This document shows, piece after piece, positions 13,701 to 25,647 of a DNA stretch of 64,000 nucleotides (its first letter is position 1; each line of letters begins with the position of its first letter). The DNA is taken from the NCBI GenBank assembly GCA_016748015.1, contig JAAOMT010000523.1, forward strand, positions 1,067,270 to 1,131,269, in the 5' to 3' direction. Source of the DNA: Geosiphon pyriformis uo1. Taxonomy: Eukaryota; Fungi; Glomeromycota. Both the position numbers and the translations under genes were made by a program. The notes under the pieces are model-generated. The model had not been told where the DNA came from. It saw only the letters and a list, made by a program, of their open reading frames with translations, and made no database searches.

Positions 13701-15937
13701 GAATGTCATTTCACATTTCTTCATCTAGAAAAATTTCTTCACAAGCCAAGCAGAGTTTGTTATCCCATTTTCCTACTTGTTTTGGTTTTTCAAAACGTTT
13801 TATAATACATGGGCAGCAGTAGAATTTGGTTGTCATTTGGTATTCTTTATTGTCACTATAGCATGTGCCCATTGACAACAATTTTTTGCTGCAATTGTTA
13901 CATATAAGCTTTGGTCAATGATAGTTTGGTTGTGGTGATATGTAAGTATATGTAGAGTAAGTAGGGGTTGGTGTTGAATTTTTTTTTTTTTTTTTTTTTT
14001 CTTTTTAATATTATTCTCTTCTCATTCCCAGGTTATTGATAATTTGTCCTAATTGTTGTCAGTTCCCTAAGTTTGATTATTATTCCATGTAGGTTCCTCT
14101 TTTTGCTTTTCCTTTTCTTGGTAATCCTATAAAGACACTGGTGGTAATTCATTGTGCTCATTGTTGGCTCACAAAACTTGATATGCTTCTCAGATAGGTT
14201 TTTTCTTTTCTTTTTCAAGCTCAATTAGTGGTGCTGGCATGGTAGTTGTTTTGAAGTGACTACACATGGCTGGTACATGTGTATGTCGACTATTCTGGCT
14301 TAGTTAGAGCTTCTGTGTGGTTTAATCAAGAGTTGCATTTGTTTTAGACAGCAAATTATTGCCAATGAGTGCTTGGTATTGAGTGGCTTCTATTACTAAA
14401 ACTTTAATTGGTATAGTGATGTCATTAACTTCAAAAAAGAAGTCATTAATCTTGCCAATGAGAGTTTTTGTAGCTCTATCAGTCATAATAATCCTGACAT
14501 TGGCAGCACAATCAACTTGACGACCTAATTGGTCCATGAGTTGTCATGTGATTATGCTGCCTGCTGATTCACTATTTAGAATAAGCTTGATAGGTTGACC
14601 ATCAACTTTAGTGTTGGTATACATGGCTGTAATCAGTTTGGTGTCAAAAGTGGCTTTACTGAATAATGGGACTGGTGTAATTTCCTCGAGTTCAAAAGGA
14701 AAAATAGCTGCTAGAGATTTGTTATTAGAGATGGTTGCTGGTGGAATATTGCTGGTAAGTGATTGTTTCTGTTTGGATTCCTGGTTGTTGAGTAAGGTGT
14801 CTTCTGGGATAACCAGAAGACTTAAATACTGTTGGGCATTTGGGCTTTGGATGTACCCAGTGTTTAAATTCCATTGTCAAGGTTCTGATGGCTGGTTCAA
14901 AGAACTGGAGATCAATTGATAGACCACCATTGACAATCTCCAGCTTTGTTGTGTTAGTCTCGACCTTTGGTTTCCGTTTTGAGATAAGTTCTGTGGCAGT
15001 GTTTGAATTTGTTGGGGCTGATAAATTGCCTGAGACTGCAGCTGATAAATGGGTTGGGGCTACAATTGATAAATAATGGGTGTTGTTTGTTGATAAAGTG
15101 ATGATTAATAAATTTGTGACTGTGTCATAGGTATGTAATTTAGTTAATATATTTCTGAGTTTGGTTGATAACTTGGAGTTGGAAACCTGTAATTGGGATT
15201 TTGATATTGATTTTCTGATCATTGGTTTTTTATTCTTAACCAACAATTGACTTTTAAATGTCCTTGTTTACTACAGTAGTGACAAACACATGTCTTTTGT
15301 TGCCACTGTTGATTGGTGGAAGATGATAGACATAACTGATTCTGAAGACAATTCGCATTTTCTTAATTATTGTGTCATTGAGGAAGTTGATAAACTGCTT
15401 GATTGTTAGCTAAGTATCTCTCTAATTTTTGGTTGATGAAATCACTGAATTGTTTCAACTTAGAATCCAATTTAGATGATTTATTCATTACTAGATTGAT
15501 GGCTTGAGCATGATTGGCTTCAAGTTTGGTGGCTTCAAAATCTTGTGCATTAGTGACTGTGTCTTGGAGAGTTTGTGGGTACATTGGGCATATGTACTGG
15601 AGAATGCTACTGCACAGTCCATGGATAAACTGGTTTAGAATCTGTGGCACTGTAGAATAGTCAGCTTGGATTGCTTGAATTTGGTGCAGATTTCTGTGAA
15701 AGTGTTCTAAGTAAATAGTAACTGCTTCAGTTTTTCCCTGTTTAATGGTGGTAAAAGTGTTGGCTAGGTGATTAATACTGTTGCTGTTGCTAAAATATCT
15801 TAAAAATTCTAATTTAAATGCATCAAATATTTGGGGTTTCTAAGCCAGACTATGATACTATGAGTTGGTAGCATTCTGGAGAAAATAAGGAATTGCTTGG
15901 AGGCTTCTGTTGTCATCCCAGTTATTGGCAGTGATAG
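10798..15937 (-). pseudogene. B2 ORF1 3' part: capsid, CCHC knuckle, protease, Cys-rich region, dUTPase (~12620-13030), RT, RNase H
   Basis: CHYCSKQGHLKVNC; LILNSESAGS; GGIIDAEYVG and FGST; VYLDN; TTDASGQALGAVL. Conserved TAA at 10798-10800. Confidence 0.92.
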
Positions 15938-16713
15938 TGTTACGAGTAGAATTTTAGCTATTTATTAGCATGAAATTACTCTTATAATTACTATTATTAA
16001 TTAGCATATATTATTATTATTTTGATTATCACTTATTATTTAATCAAATTATTAAATATTATTACTCAATCAATAATCCGATTTGTACTCTAGAAATTAA
16101 GATGATCAAATTACACAATACTCTGAACCATTTAATATAGTCAAAATTCGCCGAAATTAATGAAAATTTGTCGAAATAATCAATAGTTCAATAAAATAAC
16201 TTGTAAATTCACCAAAATGTATCTTTAGTTTACCCAAATTCTAGCAAAAAGAAAAGTGCAAGTTCAAAGACTAGTATTACAACAAGTTGTATAAAAGAAG
16301 AGCTTTTCTCTTCAAGAAAATGTATCTTTTCATAGTATTTTAACATAGTATCTTACTTTAGATATCTTAATTAAAACAAATCACCTTTTATACATTCAAA
16401 TAAAAATTAAATATTCGAAAAACAAATTCTTAAAATTATTGCACTTGAAATTCTCTCAACACAATTAACATTTTGAAATTAATTAGCTACCAATTTCAAT
16501 AATCTGTTAGTGACTTCAGGCCTGAATAGAAAACGTTTTTCTTGATAAAATTCTATTTCTTTTACATTTCTTTTATTTTTCTTTTCTTTTCTTATTATAA
16601 TCATTAGGGTAGCTTACAGATGAAATTCCTGTAGAAGAGTTGACTTTCACAGCAAAGTAACTACACATTTTAGTGAGCTTCTAGATAAGTAATTCCTGGA
16701 AAAGAGTTGACAT
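15938..16713 (+). repeat. C 5' LTR, left part (interrupted by D)
   Basis: Aligns to 34541-35316; TATA-like GTATAAAA at ~16289. Confidence 0.93.
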
Positions 16714-17697
16714 TGTTACCAGACAAAATTAAAAATATTGTTTAGCATAGAATTACCCTTATAAATTTTATCATTAATTAACATATATTATTGTTTCAAA
16801 TTATTACTTATTACATTAGCAAAATATCCGAAATTATCATTTAATTAATAACCCAATTTGTACATAACACAAATGTAACCTAATTGTAATGATCAATCAT
16901 GTAATACCCCGAACTATGTAACATTCAAAAAGTTTGTCAAAATTTGTAAGAAATTTGTCAAAATAATTGATAGTTCGCCAAAATATCTAATAGTTTGCAG
17001 AAATAACTTGTAGTTCGCCAAAATGTATCTTTAATTCAATGAAATTATAGAAAATAGCAAAGTTCAAGTTCATAGAATAGTGTTATGACAAGTTGTATAA
17101 AAGAAGAGCTTCTCTTTTCAAGGAAATGTATCTTACTTCAGATTTAATAATTAGAATCATCTTTTACATACAAAAACAAAATAAATATCAAATAATTCGA
17201 AAAATCAAATCCTTAATTATTTCCCTTGAAATTAACCAAACCCTACTAACAGTTGAAATTGATTAGCTACCAATTTCAGTAGACTGTTAAAGCATTTTCA
17301 GGTCTGGATCCAAAACGACTTCCATAAATTATCAGTTTTACTTTTTCTTTTACATTCCCTTTATTTTCTTTCTTTTCTTATTATAAATCATTTGAGTATC
17401 CTGCAGACAAAAATTTCTGTAGAAAAGTTGACTTTCACAGCAAAATAACTACACATTTTAGTGAGCTTCCAGACAAGCAATTTCTGGGAAAGAGTTGACA
17501 GTTACTACAATGTAACTATACAAAGTAACTGGCATGGAATTGGCCATTCCACTTATAAGCCCAGCAGTTCAAATTATAGAAGATAATTTGAAGATAAATT
17601 CAGTTATCAGAGGTTCAAACACTTCCCATAATCGTGAATTAACAGTATTACAACAAACATACAAGAGCTAAGAAGAGACCAAAAACCTCTAGTAACA
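16714..17697 (+). repeat. D 5' LTR (984 bp)
   Basis: TGTTACC...AGTAACA; matches 25616 to ~26500. Confidence 0.93.
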
Positions 17698-17699
17698 TT

Positions 17700-17715
17700 T
17701 AGTGCTCTCCCACGG
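17700..17715 (+). promoter_or_regulatory. Primer-binding site T(A/G)GTGCTCTCCCACGG
   Basis: Two nt after the LTR end; the C copy reads TGGTGCTCTTCCACAG. Complementary to a tRNA ending in GAGCA-CCA. Confidence 0.8.
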
Positions 17716-17741
17716 AAACAACACAGCAAAACAACTTCAAA

Positions 17742-20700
17742 GTGGCGACCATACCAGATGCAACAACTCTAGAGTATTACCAATCAATTTACACCCACTG
17801 CAAGCAAAGATTCAACATTCCAGACGGAATTGAAGTTTTCAAGAAATCAGTATACCAATACATTAAAAACCGCATCAAAAATTATCTTTTTGGAAATTAC
17901 AATATCTCAGAAATTAGAAGCAACTTTTACAATAATTTAGCACACTATTCACAGTTGAGAACTGAAGACTTTAACAGTGAAACACTTGCCATTTACTTTC
18001 AAGAACTTAACTTTAACATTATCAAGTACTGTAAATAAACATATCCAGTGCAGTCTCAATACTCTATTGATTTTGAATTGGAGACAAAAACAAGCAACAA
18101 AAGCAAACAAAAATTGAAGCAATACTCAAAAACCACCCCAAATACCCCAATACTACCAAAAACAACTGCCAAACACTTACAAACACTTGAACAAGGAACC
18201 AGTTCAAAACTTCCACTCACCATCACACTTTTTCCAGCTTCACTTGCACAAGCACAAACACCTAATTCATTCTTGAATCAATTTGCAAGACTAAAAGATT
18301 TTACATCACTCAGAAGTCCCGCCAGACAACAAGAACCTCTTCAAACTAGTTCCAATCTTCTTGACTTCTAGCTGAAAATTGAAGTGAACACTCTGAGACA
18401 GCAGCAAACAAAGAAAATGACTTTGAAATATCTGAAAAAGAATCAATAGACAGTGAAAATAAAAAAGATGAAATGACAGCATACATCACAAAAATCTCTG
18501 AATTCAATGGAAAAGATATTGAGACCAGTTCCCAAGAATGGCTCAACCAAGTTACTAAAACTGGAGATGCAAATAGATGGAATGCTACCAAAATGTTAAG
18601 AACAATTCTCTACTTTCTCAAAGGAACAGCAGATGAATGGTTTGAAAACTTGACCACCCCTTTTAATGACTGGACAGCTTTCAAAACTGCCTTCTTAGAA
18701 CAATTCACTGATAACAACACTTCAATCACACTTCAAAATCATTTTCGCAATATCAAACAAGAACCCTCTGAATCTGTCATGACTTATATTGGGAAATTTA
18801 ACAAACTTCTCAGATGAATTCACCAACTTGAAACTAATGATTATTATTTCAATGCTCAAATCTTGGATTAATTTATTACTGGTTTAAAGGATAAACTGAT
18901 TAAAAAGATTTGCCTACATGCCCCAGAAGATTTAAACACTGCCATACAGCATGTGAAAAGATACGAAATGGCCATGGAAGAGACCAATTACACAAAACTT
19001 GTAAATTTGGCAATTGGAGAAACCAGCTCAGTAGCTGAGGAGAAAATTGACCAACTGACAAAGAAGGTTGAAAACTATTTCACCAATCAACAACAACAGC
19101 AACCCCAAAGATATCAACCACTCCAAAGACAAAATCAAAATAACTTTGCACTACTTTCTAATAACCAGCCTCAGAATTGCCATTACTGTGGAATCTCTGG
19201 CCACTGGAAAAAAGATTGCAGAAAGCTACAGTGAGACCAACAAAATAGGAGTAATCAATGTTACCCTCCACCACAGCAATCTTATTATCAACCACCACCA
19301 GCTTACTATTCACCAAGACCCCAATACCAAAGTAACTATTATCAGCCTGCCTCACAGCTGATCCAACAGCAATACCAACAACCATCCACACAATATTACC
19401 AAGTATCTGCTCGAAGATTGACTCCACAAAACCAATTCATACCACAAAACTGATACCAAGTAAACAACAATAGAATCAGTTTGAACAACCAATTGGTTCT
19501 CCGAAATTCTGCTCAACCAAGACCCAACTACTATCACACTCAACCCAGTTATTTAACAATACCTAAAGAACAGAATTTTCACCATACTGTACTCTCGGAA
19601 GGTAGAGCTACAGCACAACAACAAAACCCTTCCTATACTCCTATCACAATCCCACCAGCCAGAATTGCTGAAAATGCCAATCTTTCAGATATATTTCCTT
19701 TTGAGTTTGAAGCAAATGAGTTACCATTTCTGTTTAGTAATGCAGCTGTCAATAAACAAAAAGCAATCATGGCTATGTACACTGAAGCAGAAGTCGAAGG
19801 AAAGGCAATTTGCTTGATCCTAGATAGTGAATCTGCTGGAAGCATTATCACCTACCAGTTAATGCAACAGTTAAAAAAAAATGTTGACCGACCAGCTCAA
19901 ACAGTAATTGTTACTGCCGATGGCATAAAAAAGACTCCAGTAGAAGAAATTGACAATTTTTCATTCACTTTTAATGGAATCACCATTTCAGTCAAAGTTC
20001 TTGTAATAGATGCATCCCAGTATTAAGCCCTTTTTGAAAATGATTGGCTCCAAACAACCAATGCAAAATTAGACTGGGAAACCCAAGAACTACAAATCTC
20101 TTACCAAAGACAACATGCCCGAGTACCTGCCACTTGTAGTACATTTAACAAATGCTCTGAAAAAGCCCCAGCTTTTGAATTTGAACCAGAAGAAGAAAAA
20201 CCAATAATCAAAACATTCATGGCTCTTGGATCAATGTCCAATTGGGCCAATGAAACTGAACAAGAACATTTTACACCACACTCTGAACTCAAAACCCCTG
20301 GATGGAATATCCCATACTCAAAGTCTGAACTAAGGAAACAACACTCCTACATTCCTCTTAAATGTAAGGACTGCCACAAAAAACTATCATCAATGAGAGC
20401 CTGCATTTTACCTGAAGAAGAATATGAAAATCATACTTGTTATTACTACAAGACTTGTCACAGAAAACAATGGGGCCATTTAATAAAAAGAAGCGGAAAA
20501 TGGGATAACACCTCTTGTTTGACTTGTGGAGATATGCTACCAGAAGAATGCAATTAGATTGATGTAGCAATGAGAGAAAAAGTCTGCAATCAGATCTGCC
20601 AATATGCTTTATCAATTTCAAAAAAAGTAAAAAGAAGAACACTCTTTAATGCAGCATACAACAGTGCTCTCAACAAACTTTATCACTACCTCCATGATGC

Positions 20701-23346
20701 TGAGATAATTTTCGACCTAGCAATAGCATTAATTAATAGAGCTACCAAAGAAAATGTTCATCAAATAAAGGAAGCAGAATACATTGAATACACTATGGAA
20801 TTAGCTGGATTCGATTATGAAGATGAAGTAGAAGTCTACCACCAAATTGCAAGTTACACCTACCCAACCCAAGAAGCTCAAATTCAATGATTAGAGCAAA
20901 TGAACATTAGGCTATGTGAAGAATGCATTATGCTTTGTGATGAACAGTAGTGTCTTAAATGCTATGCTCTTAAAATCCCCTTGCCTAGTAAAAGTAATGA
21001 AAACGAAATTGAATTTGAAAAACCTGAAGCAATGGAAAAAATTGAAACAACACCCATCTATCTTATCAAAAATCAGCCTGCCTTACAACTCAAATACTTC
21101 AACAACAATAAACAAGGAATAAAACCTGAAAAAGCACATAAAATTGATGCTGAATATGACCTAAGATATCCAGACAAGCATACTTTTGTTCTCAAACCCA
21201 AATTTCTCACAAAAATCAATCTTAAAATTGCACTCGAAATCCCACCAGGAGCAATGGTTCAAATCACCTTCCAGTCCTCTCTGGCAAGCAAAGGAATCAA
21301 TATCAGAGGAGGAATAATCGATGCTGGATATACTGGAGACATTACAGTGATGCTTTAAAATGAAACTGACAAACCATTCAAAATTGAACATGCTGAAAAA
21401 ATTGCCCAAGCTATTTACCTACCCCTAATCAACATTTTGGGTTTGCAACTAGTCAATCAAAGAAAACAATTAGGAAAAAGCAATAGAGGAACCCAAGATT
21501 TTGGTTCAACTAGACGATTTACAGTTCCAGTTAATATAACTCTTAATACACAGAATGAATCCCACCAGATTTTCAGACTTCCACAACCAATTACTATCTC
21601 ACTCTTTGGAGAACATCCAGAAATCTACACCTGCCCAAAGCCAACAACCACACAACAAATTTTGGAGTCCAATAAACAAGTCTGCTTGGAACATAATATT
21701 TTGATTCCAAACATTTATATTCCAGAAGGAACAAAGAAAGTCCAAGTTACTTTTTACAATCCCAATAATTACCTCATAGTTTTATTAAATAATTTAGAAA
21801 TTGGAGTTATTCATAGTAATATATTTCAACAAGAATTACCCCAAACAGTCCCCAATTTTTCAGAAATCATTGGACATTCATTACCAAAAATCAACCCAAA
21901 CCCTAGCTCTAAAAACTACCATGTTGTCATAGAAAAACTATCTCAAATCAACATGGGACAACTTGAATCACAACAACAAAACCAGTTCAAAAAGCTAATT
22001 GCAGAATTTGCTGATATCTTTGCTAAAAACAACAATAACTTAAGAAGAACCAATTTGGTCCAACACCAAATTTATACAGGAGATGCCAAACAAAGAAAAC
22101 AACAAACATATCAAGTTGCTCCAGAAAGTCACCAGTTCATCTGAGAAGAAGTACAACAAATGCTTAACAATGGACTCATCCAAGTCCTTGGGCTTCACCT
22201 GTAGTGCTAGTTAAAAAGAAAAATAGAAAGATACAATTTTGTGTTAACTATTGACAACTCAACAGTATTACAATTGGAGATGCCTACCCCCTTTTCCGAA
22301 TTGATGACATGTTAGATGCCCTTGGAAAATCCAAATACTTTTCAACACTAGATTTGGAAAGCGGTTACTGGCAAGTTGCTATGGATTCTAAAGATCACCC
22401 CAAAACAGCATTCACCACTCAAGGCGGAAATTACGAGTTCAATGTAATGCCTTTTGGATTATGCAATACACCAGCAATGTTTCAGAGATTAATGAATGTT
22501 GTGTACCAAGGACTCCTTTGGAAGTCAGTAGTCATTTATCTTGACGATACTGATGTTTATTCTCCATCGTTTGAATTACACTTAAAACACCTGCAAAAAG
22601 TTTTTCAACAATTACGAAAAACAGGACTAAAACTCAACATTGAAAAATACTACTTTGGAAAAACAAGCTTGGCTTTTCTTGGTCATATCATTAGTAAAGA
22701 TGGAATCAAACCAGACTTTGGAAAAATCAGCACTGTTAAAAACTTCAAAACTCCTCAAAACACTACAGAACTAAAAGAATTCATAGGGTTAGCCTCCTAT
22801 TATCGGAAATTTATCAAAGGATTCTCAGAAATCACAAAACCTCTCAACCAGCTTACCACCAAAAATGTTAAATACGAATGAACTGCTGAATGCCAAAATG
22901 CATTTGAAATCCTCAAAGAAAAACTAACGACAGCTCCAATTTTTGCCTACCCAGATTTCAGCAACTGATTCCGATTAGCAACAGATGCCTCTTATACTGC
23001 CTTTGGTACTATCCTATCACAATTAGATGACAATGGAAATAAGCAAGTAATTGCCTATGCTAGCAGAACATTAAAACCAGCTGAGAAAAATTATCCTGCC
23101 ACTGAATTGGAAACAGCAGCTGTAATTTGGGCCTTACATTATTTCAACTTTTATCTTCAGCCAAAGGAATTCGATATTATTACTGATAATATTGGACTCA
23201 AATGGCTTTAGAACAAAAATACTCAGCTAAACGCAAAACAAACCTGATGGACAGGATTTCTAGCAAACTATCAATACATAATACATTATAAACCAGGAAA
23301 ACTCCACACCAATGTTGACTGTCTCTCCAGAATGAGACAAAATTAG
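17742..23346 (+). pseudogene. D ORF1: N-terminal extension, capsid, CCHC, protease, Cys-rich region, dUTPase, RT, RNase H (fused gag-pol ending after RNase H)
   Basis: Fragments 18473-22144 are all in one frame. CHYCGISGHWKKDC; ILDSESAGS; GGIIDAGYTG; IYLDD; ATDAS. Ends SRMRQN-TAG at 23344-23346. Confidence 0.93.
21115..21515 (+). pseudogene. dut: dUTPase domain of D (trimeric type, motifs 1-5)
   Basis: DAEYDLRY, QSSLASKG, GGIIDAGYTG, EKIAQ, RGTQDFGST. Confidence 0.92.
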
Positions 23347-23395
23347 AAAAAAAAAACCAACACTTAACTTAACCAACCAAAACAGCCAACAAAAA

Positions 23396-24781
23396 ATGAA
23401 TTTGGAAAACTACAACAATCTTAAACAATATTTGAAAACATTAACAATCCCAACAGATTGGTCTCCAGATGAAAAACATCGATTACAACAACAAGCCAAA
23501 CAATATTTTCTACACAACAATATTATTTATCAGCAAAATTTCAAAAACCCAAACAAACCACTCAGATTAATACAAGAACAGGAAAAAGAGACTATATTAT
23601 ACAACATGTACTTAGATTCTTCATCAGCACACTTTGGAAAAAACAGCACCACTTAAAGAACACTAGAATACTACTTTTGGTCTCGAATGAGAAAAAACAT
23701 TCATGAATATGTCAAATCTTGTGATAGTTGTCAAAGAAGAGGAGAAACACGCCCTACTGAACCATTAAACCCAATTAAAGTTGGACAGCCTTTTGACAGA
23801 GTTGGTATCAATTTAGTCGGACCACTACCTATCACAAACCAAAGAAACCGTTATATTGTAGTAGCTGTAGACTATCTCACCAAATGGCCTGAAGCCAGAG
23901 CCATTCAATGAGCAGATGCAAAATCAATAGCAAACTTCATTTATAAAGACATTATTTGTAGACATAGATGCCCAATAGAACTTTTATCTAATCAAGGAAC
24001 ACATTTCATGAACAATTTAATCCAAAAAATTTGTGGACAATTTAATGTCAAGAGACTATTATTTTCACCCTACCATCCACAAACCAATAGATTTATAGAA
24101 TGTTTCAACAGAACATTGTGTAAATCATTAGCCAAAGTTTCAACCAATTTTGAGCAAAAATGAGATTTCTTTATTCCATCAGTATTATTAGCATATAGGA
24201 CACTAAAACAAGATACCACAAAACACACACCATTTGATTTAACTTACAGAAGGACGGCAATGTTACCAATTAGTTTTACAGTGGAAACATACCCAGCACA
24301 ACCAATCGATGAAAACAATTTCCAAGAAATGCTTCAGCAAAGAGTCTACACTCTGTTTAGCACATTGGAAGGAAAATGACGAATAGCAACCATCCATATT
24401 GAACACTCTCAAGCTCAACAAAAAGAATGGCATAATGACAAATTGCCTCCAGTCACCAATGAATATAAAATTGGAAACAAAGTTCTCTTACACAGAACTA
24501 AAGCTGAAAAACAATGGAGTGGAAAATTTGAGAATAAATGGGATAGACCATTCTTTATCTATGAAGTTTTAGACAACGGATCATACAAGCTAAGACTTGA
24601 TGACAAAATCCTAGCAAAAGTTGTACATGGAGATCATTTGAAACACTATAATTCCAGAAACAATCTTGAACCATTAATTCTACAAATTGGTACACATTCT
24701 CCTTTAATCAATCCCAAAGACATTCCCCGAAACTTAGAACCAATAGTTGTCATTGAACAACTCCCCAACTTGAACACTTAA
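23396..24781 (+). pseudogene. D integrase, separate ORF
   Basis: Own ATG at 23396; AHFG...CDSCQ, GINLVGPL, KWDRPF...GSYKL. No chromodomain. Confidence 0.92.
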
Positions 24782-24927
24782 TTTCAATTTTATTATAGTT
24801 ATTCCCTTATAATTTAAAAACATATCACAACAAAAACAAAACAAAGCACGCTGAAAAAACAAAAATAACATAAAAACTCACATACCAAAAATAATTTTAT
24901 TTTTATTTTTTTTCTAATTTCATTATA

Positions 24928-25647
24928 ATGACTATCCCTCAAAATATTCAACAGTTATCTCAAAAATTAATGTTAGCTTTAAAAACAATACCCGAATTAT
25001 CCATTACTATCACTAGAAAACATATTAATTATACCCAAACAGAAATAGTTACAAATCTAGCCCCAAATTCACGAAAGTATCATCCTTATAGGAAAAACAC
25101 AAAAAGTTATTCTGGAATTCATTTACCAGAACTTTTGAAGCTTGCTTTAAGAGAAAACTTATTGCTCACCCTTATTAATATTTCACTAAATGCTACTATT
25201 CAACAAAAACTTTAACTGTGTCTTAATGAAGAAAATGGCAAATACCTCCCAATATATAGATATTTTTATATTGGAAAAACACTTCATGAGCAAAAACTAG
25301 AGCTTACATCAGCAAACCTCACAAAAAAAGCTATTTGGAAACAACTCTACAACAAATTCAAGACGACAGCTGGACCTACAAACAGTCATTATAAACTAAG
25401 AGCTGCTCTTAGACTTTATGACCTATTCTACACCTGTGAAAACGTCCTGTAAAACCCAATTTTACAGCCTTTGAAGATTCAATACATTGGAAAGCTCACA
25501 GAACTGAAATTTCAACAATTTTCAGACCAAATTTCTTCAATAATTTTGGATTACTATCTGGAAATTACAAACAGTACTTGGACTTTGACAAAGCTCAGTT
25601 TTGAGGAGGAGATTATGTTACCAGACAAAATTAAAGATATTGTTTAG
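24928..25647 (+). pseudogene. D ORF3, accessory protein (~239 aa, two CAA>TAA stops), reading through the PPT into the 3' LTR
   Basis: One frame: MTIPQNIQQL...RYFYIGKTLHE...YKLRAALRLYDLF...IQYIGKLTELKFQQF...EEEIMLPDKIKDIV*. Confidence 0.85.

Noticed and set aside
14611-15246. Antisense or alternative-frame ORFs over gag/pol (e.g. 14611-14919, 14725-15246, 19158-19427, 40999-41241, 60627-60938)
   Set aside because: Shadows of the real frame in low-complexity Q/P/N-rich or biased sequence; no motifs.
17742-24781. Alternative genetic code explaining the many in-frame stops
   Set aside because: Stops are of all three types, sit at different positions in sister copies and match C>T/G>A changes.
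24443-24781. Chromodomain at the integrase C-terminus
   Set aside because: Only a GPY/F-SH3-like segment and a short tail are present.
24928-25647. ORF3 as an envelope gene
   Set aside because: No signal peptide, transmembrane helix or fusion-protein features, and too short.
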